In this document: one piece after another, positions 1-7,794 of the stretch
Position numbering within the stretch: position 1 is the first letter of the stretch
Layout: the number at the start of each line of letters is the position of its first letter
Source: Elusimicrobiota bacterium
Lineage (GTDB): Bacteria > Elusimicrobiota > Endomicrobiia > Endomicrobiales > JBDRNC01
Reading direction: 5' to 3'
NCBI GenBank assembly: GCA_043811535.1
Contig: JBDRNC010000023.1
Span: 2,216 to 66,215, forward strand
Length of the DNA: 64,000 bases
The notes under the pieces: model-generated
Seen by the model: the letters and a program-made list of their open reading frames with translations, nothing else
Databases searched by the model: none
Told to the model about the DNA's origin: nothing
Position numbers and translations under genes: made by a program

Positions 1-117
1 CATCCGCGTAATACTGGACAAGAAGCCGAAACACACAGAATACCACGTGATTCTAGTACCCGAGTGCCTCGGGTACTAATTTCAAATTTCAGATTACAGA
101 TTTCAAATTAAAAGGCT

Positions 118-750
118 ATGAATAAGAATAACAAAAAGATACCATCTATAGTTATTCCCCGGCTTTCGCGTTACTACAGGGTGTTGTACGAGTATGTGCA
201 GGACTCGTGGATATCGTCTAAACAGCTTTCCGGGAACACAGGATTTTCAGCCGCCCAGATACGCAGAGACCTTACTTATTTCGGCCAGTTCGGCATTCCC
301 GGAAGAGGATACAAAGTTGATGATCTGAAAAAATCCATTAAGAACATACTGGGCCTGGATAATAAATGGAACGTAGCGTTGATAGGCGTCGGGAACCTCG
401 GGAGAGCCCTGCTTGGCTACCGCGGGTTTATAGAACAGGGTTTTGAGATAGTCGCCGCATTTGACGTGGATAAAAGCAAGGTCGGGCGCAGGATAAACAA
501 AGTGCAGGTTTACGACATATCCGAAATCCCGCATGTAATAAAAGAAAACGGGATAAGCATAGCGATACTCACCGTGCCCGAAAACGTCGCCCAGCTGGTC
601 GCCGAAAAGGCCGCGGCCGCCGGAGTAAAAGCCGTGCTGAATTTCGCTTCAGGGCACCTCAAGCTCCCGGAAACCGTAAAACAGATGCACATCGACATAA
701 CTATAGAGATAGAAAGGTTGTCGTTCCTGATATCAAGAGATTTGAAGTAG
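118..750 (+). CDS. rex: Redox-sensing transcriptional repressor Rex
   Basis: 210 aa. N-terminal wHTH 'PRLSRYYRVL' and Rossmann 'IGVGNLGRALLGY'. Length and architecture are typical of Rex. Confidence 0.85.
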   Translation: MNKNNKKIPSIVIPRLSRYYRVLYEYVQDSWISSKQLSGNTGFSAAQIRRDLTYFGQFGIPGRGYKVDDLKKSIKNILGLDNKWNVALIGVGNLGRALLGYRGFIEQGFEIVAAFDVDKSKVGRRINKVQVYDISEIPHVIKENGISIAILTVPENVAQLVAEKAAAAGVKAVLNFASGHLKLPETVKQMHIDITIEIERLSFLISRDLK

Positions 751-781
751 TAGGACATTTCAATCTGAGGAGGTGAAACAA

Positions 782-961
782 ATGGCAGACATTCTCGTTG
801 TTGTCAGCAAGGTCAAGAAGATGGTCAAGGAAGGCGGTTACAGGACCGGCGCGGACTATTTAGCGGCGCTTTCCGGAAAAGTAGAAGAAATGGTAAAAGC
901 ATCGATAGAGAAAGTAAAGGCATCGGGCGGCAAGAAAACGCTTGGTTCCGAAGACATCTAA
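782..961 (+). CDS. Small (59 aa) Lys/Val-rich helical protein, possibly histone-fold/DUF1931-like
   Basis: GAGGAGG (767-773) lies 8 nt before ATG 782; the track's GTG at 773 abuts the SD. A GC hairpin follows. The function is only a weak recollection. Confidence 0.45.
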   Translation: MADILVVVSKVKKMVKEGGYRTGADYLAALSGKVEEMVKASIEKVKASGGKKTLGSEDI

Positions 962-968
962 GAACTTA

Positions 969-1012
969 TGATGGGAGGGGGCAAGGCATGATCTGCCCTG
1001 CCCCCTCTATCA
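969..1012 (+). terminator. GC-rich imperfect hairpin after the small ORF
   Basis: tgatgggagggggca ... tgccccctctatca, about 12 bp with one bulge. There is no clear U-tract. Confidence 0.35.
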
Positions 1013-1048
1013 TTAGAAAGCGGCAACTTGGTCCACCTACGCCCCGAA

Positions 1049-2155
1049 ATGACACAAAATAAATCAAACCTTCTTCAGGTATCATTCCTTATAGCGTGCG
1101 GCAGCGCTCTGCAGTTGGCGGAAGCCTTCATCCCTTTTCCGCTGCCCGGCATGCGCATTGGACTGGCGAACATAAGCACGGTTCTTGGCCTTATCCTGTT
1201 CGGCCCGGCCGCCGCATTTGAAATAGCGCTATTCCGCCCTATTATAACGAGCCTTACGAACGGCACATTTCTGATGCCCGGGCTGTATTTCAGTTTTTTC
1301 GGATCCATCACAAGCTTCGCGGTGATGGCTGTTATTTTCAGCGCTACAAAAAGGAACAAAATATTCTCGCTTGCGGGAATAAGCGTCATGGGGGCGATAA
1401 CCCACAACATCACCCAACTGCTCCTCGCTCGGTACTGGCTCATTCCTCACGCGGGGGTCCTGGCTTTCGCTCCCATCCTTGTCATAACAGGATTGATCGG
1501 GGGATATCTGGTCGGCTGGGCCAGCGAATATATCTACAAAAAGATCAACGAAGCAAAATTATCCTTTGGAAAACTTGCACCGTCCGGCGCGCGCTCGGTC
1601 AAGAAAGGGACGCTTATTCTAGCCGACAAGCTCAAGATCCTTGCGGCATTCGGCATGGTCATAAGCACAATATTTTTGAAAACCCCGTACGCTTATGTTG
1701 TGCTGCTTTTCGTTGTACTGATACTTATTATCGCGTCCGGGCAGCAGGTATCGCTTATTTTCAAAAGAGTATTCACTCTTTGGGCTGTTATCATTTTCAG
1801 TTTTTTCCTGCCCGTTGTATTCACGCAGGGCGGCAAAGTTTTGCTCTATCTTCCATTCATAAAAGTCACAGTCCCGGGCGTTATTGAAGGGATTATATTT
1901 GTATTGCGGCTTGTATTTCTAATAATGATCAGTATCTGGATAGGCGTAACCCGGCCCGAAAAACTGTCCCAGGAGTTGGAATGGCTTCTATCTCCCTTGA
2001 AAATCTTTAAGATTCCCGTAGACAGGATACCGCGGCTGACATCGCTCTCGCTGTCCTTTCTGCCGCTGATATGGGAACGGCTCAATAAAGTCAAACCCAA
2101 GAAACTGACGCTTGTGCTTGACGCGCTTGTCGGATTGTTTATTGGATTGGAATAA
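1049..2155 (+). CDS. Polytopic membrane protein: Gx-transporter (heptaprenyl-diphosphate-synthase-component-I-like) domain fused to an EcfT/CbiQ-like transmembrane domain
   Basis: The N-half 'PLPGMRIGLANISTVLGLILFG...LTNGTF' resembles the Gx transporter family. The C-half 'LSPLKIFKIPVDRIPRLTSLSLSFLPLIWERL' resembles the EcfT coupling region. Start placed at ATG 1049. Confidence 0.45.
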   Translation: MTQNKSNLLQVSFLIACGSALQLAEAFIPFPLPGMRIGLANISTVLGLILFGPAAAFEIALFRPIITSLTNGTFLMPGLYFSFFGSITSFAVMAVIFSATKRNKIFSLAGISVMGAITHNITQLLLARYWLIPHAGVLAFAPILVITGLIGGYLVGWASEYIYKKINEAKLSFGKLAPSGARSVKKGTLILADKLKILAAFGMVISTIFLKTPYAYVVLLFVVLILIIASGQQVSLIFKRVFTLWAVIIFSFFLPVVFTQGGKVLLYLPFIKVTVPGVIEGIIFVLRLVFLIMISIWIGVTRPEKLSQELEWLLSPLKIFKIPVDRIPRLTSLSLSFLPLIWERLNKVKPKKLTLVLDALVGLFIGLE

Positions 2156-2316
2156 AACACTCGTTGTTTTGGAACACTGAAACATTGAAGCTTTACGGGC
2201 GTAAGCCCGTATATTTCTAAGAAGTTCACGGTCCGCCGCGGCGGAAAATCCGCCGAAACTCTATTTTACTGAGCGAAGGTGGATTGGAGTTTTGGAACTC
2301 TTTTTTTAGGGTATTT

Positions 2317-2778
2317 ATGGATAATCATATAACTCTGACCCCCGATGAAGTGCGCATGCTTTACCGCTCGCTCAGACAGATAGATTTTTTCGCCGACCTG
2401 ACGATGCCTGAGATAGACTGCGTTATTGCCGAGATCAAGCGGGAACAATTCAAAAGCGGCAAAACAATAGTCAAGCAGGGCCAGAAAGGTGATTGTTTCT
2501 ATCTTATATCAAAAGGCGCCGTCTCAGTCTGGCTCAACACGGGGCTGTTCCGCAAAAAACATATAGCGCAGCTGAAAGACGGACAGTATTTCGGTGAGAT
2601 GGCCCTGCTGGACGACCAGACCAGGAAAGCAACGGTGATAGCTGAGACCGACTGCGAGTTTTACGTGCTTTACAGGGACAGATTTTGGGACACCTTAATG
2701 AAGAATCCGTCAATAGACGAAAAGATCCGCAATATCTCCAAAAACAGAAGCAAGGACAACGCAAAGAAAACTGCGTGA
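2317..2778 (+). CDS. Stand-alone cyclic-nucleotide-binding (Crp-type cNMP) domain protein
   Basis: 'GDCFYLISKGAVSVW' and 'FGEMALLDDQTRKATVIA' form the phosphate-binding cassette. There is no DNA-binding HTH after it. Confidence 0.75.
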   Translation: MDNHITLTPDEVRMLYRSLRQIDFFADLTMPEIDCVIAEIKREQFKSGKTIVKQGQKGDCFYLISKGAVSVWLNTGLFRKKHIAQLKDGQYFGEMALLDDQTRKATVIAETDCEFYVLYRDRFWDTLMKNPSIDEKIRNISKNRSKDNAKKTA

Positions 2779-2869
2779 TGTGTGAAGTGTAATGTGCAAT
2801 GAAAAAGGCATTAACTGTATCAAAATAATACAACTTCATTACACATTCAACATCAAACATTACACAATT
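2775..2869. repeat. Intergenic hairpin repeat, family A ('cattacaca' words)
   Basis: Left arm 2775-2803, right arm 2835-2869. The right arm is the exact reverse complement of 6156-6190 (35/35). Confidence 0.85.
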
Positions 2870-2899
2870 TGAAATACTTCAACAGCAAACGGAAGGAAT

Positions 2900-3760
2900 A
2901 TGGAAAAAAATATTCTCGGCATCGATTCAAATAGCTCAAAAATGGTGGGTCTTGTCCTGCCTAAAAATACTATTGAGAACCTGGATTCCTTCCTGACGGA
3001 AACGATCAAATACCTCTCGCTTGCGCTGGAATGCAGGGGATACAACATGGCGCTTTTCAACGAAGAGAACTACGACCTCGAGAGATTTGAAAACCTTTAT
3101 GATAATAAGTTAATAGGCGGGATAATAATGTTCAGCCCTTCGCTGAACGATGCGGAAAGGGCAGCGATCCTCGGTAAAAGCAGGATACCATCGGCCGTAT
3201 TGTTTTCTCATTACGACAAGATAGATTCATTTACATGCGATAACGAGCATGGCGGGTATATGGCAACAATGTTTCTGCTTGAAAAAGGCAGAAGACGGAT
3301 AGCGTTCATCCACGGCTCTCCCACATGGACGGATTCCTACGACAGGTTCCTCGGATACAAAAAGGCCTTGGCAGAATCGGGCGCGGAATTCCGCCCGGAA
3401 CTTGTGAAGAACGCCTATTATGATTATTACACGGCGAAAGTAGTCGTTCAGGAGTTCATGGCGCAAGGCAATAAACCCGACGCTATTTTCGCTGCGAACG
3501 ACAAAATGGCAATGGGGGCCATTCAGGGCATCAGACAGAAAGGACTGGAAGTCCCGAAAGATGTATCGGTGGTGGGTTATGACGATGTCAAGGAAAACGA
3601 GTATGCCGAACTGCCGCTCACCACTCTCGTCCAGCCCATCAAGGACATCTGCGATAATCTGGCGGAACGGATGGCGTCAAAGATAGAAGGGAAAATCAAA
3701 AATGAGAAGCCGGTTCTCGTGGCGCTGAAACCGAAACTGATAGTGAGGGAATCGGCATAA
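2900..3760 (+). CDS. LacI/PBP1-type sugar-binding domain protein lacking the N-terminal HTH
   Basis: 'VGLVLP', 'AIFAANDKMAMGAIQ' and 'VSVVGYDD' are classic LacI-family core motifs. Only 15 residues precede the first core strand. Confidence 0.7.
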   Translation: MEKNILGIDSNSSKMVGLVLPKNTIENLDSFLTETIKYLSLALECRGYNMALFNEENYDLERFENLYDNKLIGGIIMFSPSLNDAERAAILGKSRIPSAVLFSHYDKIDSFTCDNEHGGYMATMFLLEKGRRRIAFIHGSPTWTDSYDRFLGYKKALAESGAEFRPELVKNAYYDYYTAKVVVQEFMAQGNKPDAIFAANDKMAMGAIQGIRQKGLEVPKDVSVVGYDDVKENEYAELPLTTLVQPIKDICDNLAERMASKIEGKIKNEKPVLVALKPKLIVRESA

Positions 3761-3764
3761 ATGC

Positions 3765-3842
3765 GACAGTGACCGGTGACTAGTCGCTTGTGGCTAGTCA
3801 AGGCAGTTACAGGACACTGGTCACAGGTCACTAGTCACTGTA
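3765..3842. repeat. Hairpin repeat, family E ('gtcactagtcac' words) between convergent genes
   Basis: cagtgaccggtgac ... gtcacaggtcactagtcactg. It contains the apbE stop codon (3835-3837). Half-copies occur at 34240-34258 and 37971-38000. Confidence 0.6.
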
Positions 3843-4818
3843 TTAAATCAACATCAATCTTCCTGATTTTCACTTCCTTCTTTAATCCTTCGCTTACAAA
3901 AACATTCCCCTGATTATCTATGATAATCGCTTCCGACCCCGGGAATTTCTTCACTAATTCCATGCCCTTTTCGGGACCCAGGATAAAAGCTGAAAGCGCG
4001 AGCGCGTTTGAAAGAGCGCATTGCGGAGCTACTACAGTCGCGCCTATTGAATTTGCCGCCGGATAGCCTGTCCTGACGTCAAATATGTGGTGGTATCTCT
4101 TCCCGCCTTTAACGAAATACCTTTCGTAATCGCCCGAGGTTGAGACGGCGCAATTTCTTACTTTTATCACCGCAAGCACGCCGTCTTTTTTTCTCGGATG
4201 TTGTATGCCTACCTTCCAGGTCTTGCCGCCAGCCGCCCTTATGTCCCCGCCCGCGTTGACAAGAACCGAGTACGCTCCGGTATCCATCAGCGACTTGGCC
4301 GCCTTGTCGGCTATGTGGCCTTTCGCCATGTTGCTGAGATCCAAGCGCATTCCCTTTTTTTGGAGAAACACATTTGTACCGTCCAGTTTGACTTGCCTGT
4401 AGTCCACAAACTCGAGCGCCTTTAAAATATCCTCTTTCGCAGGAACAGACGGATTCGCGGAATTAACGTCCCAAAGTTTTACAAGCGGGAAAACCGTCGG
4501 ATCGTAAATTCCGCAGGTTATCCGGGATATTTCCATGGCCTTTCTCATAACGGCCGCCGTTTCACTTGAAACTCTCACAGCCGATTCCCCTGCGAGCCTG
4601 GATATTTCAGAAAGGTCGCTTCCCGGGGAATACGGGCTCAGTAATTTCTCAAGCCTGCCGATTTCATTCCACGCCGGTTCCATATTGAAACCGCCGCCGC
4701 ACACAACCTTTATCTCAACGCGCGTGCTCATCATATCCCTTATTTCGACAAGGTTCTTGCGGCGGGAACATGATGCCAGCATAACACAACAGAGTGCCAG
4801 GGCAAGTTGTTTATTCAT
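3835..4818 (-). CDS. apbE: FAD:protein FMN transferase ApbE (lipoprotein)
   Basis: Lipobox 'VMLASCS', plus 'STSGDYERYF' and 'HHIFDVRTGYP'. Start placed at the internal Met (MNKQLAL). Confidence 0.85.
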   Translation of the reverse strand: MNKQLALALCCVMLASCSRRKNLVEIRDMMSTRVEIKVVCGGGFNMEPAWNEIGRLEKLLSPYSPGSDLSEISRLAGESAVRVSSETAAVMRKAMEISRITCGIYDPTVFPLVKLWDVNSANPSVPAKEDILKALEFVDYRQVKLDGTNVFLQKKGMRLDLSNMAKGHIADKAAKSLMDTGAYSVLVNAGGDIRAAGGKTWKVGIQHPRKKDGVLAVIKVRNCAVSTSGDYERYFVKGGKRYHHIFDVRTGYPAANSIGATVVAPQCALSNALALSAFILGPEKGMELVKKFPGSEAIIIDNQGNVFVSEGLKKEVKIRKIDVDLIQ

Positions 4819-6115
4819 TCTTAAAGGCGCCATGAACGGCTCCGGTTGCAGGTTTTAATCCTATAGCGCGATTGAAAAGCTCCATGTTGGAACAGCTCTC
4901 TACGGGCTTAACTTCCTTTAAATGAGGGATGAACACGAAACGGATAATGAACCTAAGAAGCCCGGATATCAGGAATATCGTCAACAGACTGCTTCCGTTT
5001 ATTTTAGGAAGGTAGGCTATCATCGTGCCTCCCATAGCGGCTCCCAGAAAGACACCGAGCCCGTTTATCAGGTTGAAATAAGCAAAACACCTGACGCGTT
5101 TTTCCTCGCTGGCGGCGTCAAAGATAAAGTTGCTCGCCGCAAGGTTAAAACCGGCCCACGCGAAGCCGGATATCACCTGTATGGATATAAGGTAGAGCAG
5201 GTTATGCGAAAACAGCCACATGACCGGGATTACTGGTATGATCAGGCTTGTCAGGCTGATGACGCGTATGCAGCCGAGCTTGTCCGTGTAATGCCCCCAG
5301 CGCTGGAAACTCAGGAGCATCGAAATCATCACGACCGTATTGATGACCGTGAATGACAAGTAGTCGAGTTTTAATTCGCGGAGCATGTACACAGAGAAAA
5401 AGGGGGCCGCCATGTTTACGGCCAGACTCATGCAGCCGACGAAAAACACGAATTTGGCGAAATTGCTTTTCTTTGCACGGGCAATAAAATCGTAAAAAGA
5501 GAAGTACGAGTCCGGCTTCATGCGCAAGGGTATCTCGTGCATCTTGTTTATGAAATACCATGAGACGAGCCTGGATATCATGGCCACGGCGAATATTATC
5601 GTGAATCCGGTGATACTTTCTTTCGGGAAAAGGTAAAGGATATACCCCGCGACGAATGTCATGATAAGAGTTATCGTCCCGTGTATTTTGTACCGCCATG
5701 AAAAATATTGTCCCCGCTTGTCTTTTGGAAGGTACTGAGTCATCATGCTTACCCATGCCGGGCCGGCCAGCGAGCCAAAAAGCACGTAGAGCATCACCGC
5801 GCCGATTAGGTAAGGCACCGGGACGCCAAATATATAAGGAATAAGCAGTATGACCAGCCACATGGATGCCTGCGCGAATATCCAGATAAACAACATCCGC
5901 TTGCGCCCAGTCTTTTCGGTCCAATCCGGTATCTTTATCTGAAAAAGCGAGGAAACAAGCCCGGGCAGGGAGCTCAGGAGACCTATCTGCATGTTGCTCG
6001 CTTTCAGCGCGATAGCGAATGGACTGATGAAGACATCGCCGAACCCAAGCATCATCGCCGCAAACGAGCCGTCCCAGAATGAATATTTCAAACTATTGCG
6101 GATCTTGTTTCTCAT
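4811..6115 (-). CDS. MFS transporter
   Basis: About 12 TM segments with an MFS-like repeat structure. The track's N-terminal 39 residues are translated from a family-A repeat, so the start is set at ATG 6115. Confidence 0.7.
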   Translation of the reverse strand: MRNKIRNSLKYSFWDGSFAAMMLGFGDVFISPFAIALKASNMQIGLLSSLPGLVSSLFQIKIPDWTEKTGRKRMLFIWIFAQASMWLVILLIPYIFGVPVPYLIGAVMLYVLFGSLAGPAWVSMMTQYLPKDKRGQYFSWRYKIHGTITLIMTFVAGYILYLFPKESITGFTIIFAVAMISRLVSWYFINKMHEIPLRMKPDSYFSFYDFIARAKKSNFAKFVFFVGCMSLAVNMAAPFFSVYMLRELKLDYLSFTVINTVVMISMLLSFQRWGHYTDKLGCIRVISLTSLIIPVIPVMWLFSHNLLYLISIQVISGFAWAGFNLAASNFIFDAASEEKRVRCFAYFNLINGLGVFLGAAMGGTMIAYLPKINGSSLLTIFLISGLLRFIIRFVFIPHLKEVKPVESCSNMELFNRAIGLKPATGAVHGAFKNE

Positions 6116-6124
6116 ATTCGCGAT

Positions 6125-6153
6125 ATTGTAATTAATAAATGCCGTGTTGTCAA
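6125..6153 (-). promoter_or_regulatory. Sigma70-type promoter for MFS-apbE (TTGACA-17-TACAAT)
   Basis: On the minus strand, -35 is at 6153-6148 and -10 at 6130-6125. Only 9 nt separate the -10 from the ATG, so the mRNA is near-leaderless. Confidence 0.55.
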
Positions 6154-6155
6154 TA

Positions 6156-6254
6156 AATTGTGTAATGTTTGATGTTGAATGTGTAATGAAACCGCCTTTT
6201 TTGATACAACTGATGTCTTTTTCATTACTCATTACACATTACACTTAACACAAT
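6156..6254. repeat. Hairpin repeat, family A, inverted copy, between divergent promoters
   Basis: Arms at 6156-6190 and 6221-6254. The loop 'gtatcaaaa' also resembles the copy at 2804-2834 in reverse orientation. Confidence 0.85.
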
Positions 6255-6265
6255 ACTCTCGTTCA

Positions 6266-6294
6266 TTGACAAAGGAAGGCATTTCGGGTATAAT
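6266..6294 (+). promoter_or_regulatory. Consensus sigma70 promoter for rnfC (TTGACA-17-TATAAT)
   Basis: TTGACA at 6266-6271, a 17-nt spacer, and TATAAT at 6289-6294, about 40 nt upstream of ATG 6335. Confidence 0.7.
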
Positions 6295-6334
6295 TTACTT
6301 CAATAATCATTCATTTCTGAATTGTTTCGTAATC

Positions 6335-7654
6335 ATGGCCAGAATCAATAATTTCAAAGGCGGCATATTTCTTCGCGGGGAGAAGAGCACTGCGAAACTT
6401 GGCATTGAAACAATGCCGGTTCCCAGAAAAGTCGTCCTGCATTTAAGCCAGCACGCAGGCCTGCCTTCCAGTCCCGTAGTAAAAAAAGGCAGCTATGTGT
6501 TTTCCGGACAGCTTGTTGCCGAGGCGGGCGGGAACGTTTCATCACCCCTGCATTCCTCGATTTCTGGCACGGTCAGAGAAATAACGGAGTGGACGCATCC
6601 CGTTACCGGTTTGCCGGGCGAATCTATAATCGTAGAATCCGACGGCCGTGACGACCGTTCTCCGGATAACAAGAACTTTCATGAATATTTCAGGTTTTCG
6701 CCGGCCGAGATCATCAATGTAGTCAGGGACGCGGGAGTCGTGGGCCTTGGCGGCGGCGCTTTCCCGACGCATATCAAGCTTTCTCTTCATAAAAAGGCCG
6801 ATATCCGCACGCTGATAATCAACGGCGCGGAGAGCGAGCCGTACCTGTCCTCCGATGACAGGCTGATGCGGGAGTATTCCAAGGATATTATTGAAGGCGC
6901 CAAGATAATGATGTACGTCCTTGACGCAGTGAAAGCGATAATAGCCGTCGAGGACAATAAGCCGCAGGCGGTTAAAGAACTCGCGGAAATCATTTTCAAC
7001 GAACCCAATATAGACCTGGCCGTTTTGAAAACCAGGTACCCTCAAGGCTCTGAGAAACAACTTGTAAAGACAATTCTTAATAAAGAGGTGCCTTCCAGCG
7101 GCCTTCCTTTTAACGTCGGGGCCGTTGTCCAGAACGTAGCGACCGCGTACGCCGTCGCCAAAGCGGTAAAAGAAGGGGAAAACCTGACAAGCCGCGTTAT
7201 AACGGTAGCCGGCAAGGGAATACGCGAGCCTAAAAACATCAGGGTCAGGATAGGCACACTGCTTGCAGATATCGCGGAATTCTGCGGGGGCGCGACCGCT
7301 GATCTTGGACAGGTTATTATGGGCGGACCGATGACGGGCGTAGTCCAGCCGACGCTCAAGGTGCCGGTCCTCAAATGCACGACCGGCGTGCTGTTCTTCT
7401 CGAAACAGGAAACTATTGACAGGAATTTCAGCGATTGTTTCCGGTGCGGGAAATGCTCCAGAGTATGTCCGATGGGGCTTCTCCCGGGCATGTTGAGCGC
7501 CCATATAGAAAAAGGGAGGGTCAGTGAGGCGGAGAAATATTATCCTTCTGATTGCATTGAATGCGGGTGCTGCGCTTACGTGTGCCCGGCCCGCAGGCCG
7601 ATAGTGGAACAGATACGAACAGTTAAACAACAAATACTAAACACTAAACTCTAA
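6335..7654 (+). CDS. rnfC: Rnf electron-transport complex subunit C
   Basis: 'GLGGGAFPTHIKL', 'INGAESEPYLSSD', and two clusters 'CFRCGKCSRVCP' and 'CIECGCCAYVCP'. Start at MARINNFKGG. The last 8 codons and the stop lie inside a family-B repeat. Confidence 0.9.
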   Translation: MARINNFKGGIFLRGEKSTAKLGIETMPVPRKVVLHLSQHAGLPSSPVVKKGSYVFSGQLVAEAGGNVSSPLHSSISGTVREITEWTHPVTGLPGESIIVESDGRDDRSPDNKNFHEYFRFSPAEIINVVRDAGVVGLGGGAFPTHIKLSLHKKADIRTLIINGAESEPYLSSDDRLMREYSKDIIEGAKIMMYVLDAVKAIIAVEDNKPQAVKELAEIIFNEPNIDLAVLKTRYPQGSEKQLVKTILNKEVPSSGLPFNVGAVVQNVATAYAVAKAVKEGENLTSRVITVAGKGIREPKNIRVRIGTLLADIAEFCGGATADLGQVIMGGPMTGVVQPTLKVPVLKCTTGVLFFSKQETIDRNFSDCFRCGKCSRVCPMGLLPGMLSAHIEKGRVSEAEKYYPSDCIECGCCAYVCPARRPIVEQIRTVKQQILNTKL

Positions 7655-7769
7655 AAACTAAATAAGCTCAAAACACAAAGGATAAAACACAAACACTGCC
7701 GTTATATTTGAAATTTGAATTTGTATTTTTGGTTTTATTTAGTGTTTAGTATTTTGTGTTTAGTATTTG
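7631..7769. repeat. Hairpin repeat, family B ('tactaaacac' words)
   Basis: caaatactaaacac pairs with gtgtttagtatttg. About 100 nt closely match 63757-63871. Confidence 0.8.
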
Positions 7770-7794
7770 CAAATCAGCATAGGGAATTATCAAC

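Noticed and set aside
1-79. Possible 3' end of an upstream gene (frame 2: ...KKPKHTEYHVILVPECLGY*), with the hairpin gtacccgag-tgc-ctcgggtac at 56-76.
   Set aside because: The fragment is too short to recognise. Frame 1 is also open to 108, so I cannot decide which frame is coding, if any.
6306-6325. Rex operator between the rnfC promoter and start codon (ATCATTCA-N4-TGAATTGT).
   Set aside because: Only 6 of 8 positions are symmetric. The half-site polarity (TTCA...TGAA) is opposite to the Rex consensus TTGTGAA-N-TTCACAA. I found no canonical Rex box in the window's intergenic regions.
6179-6334. N-terminal extension of rnfC in the ORF track. The 39-aa extension of the MFS gene up to 6232 and the ORF at 2534-2860 are similar cases.
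   Set aside because: These stretches are translations of family-A hairpin arms ('ITHYTLHLTQ' and 'ITHSTSNITQ' from the same repeat). Real starts with promoters or SD sequences lie downstream.
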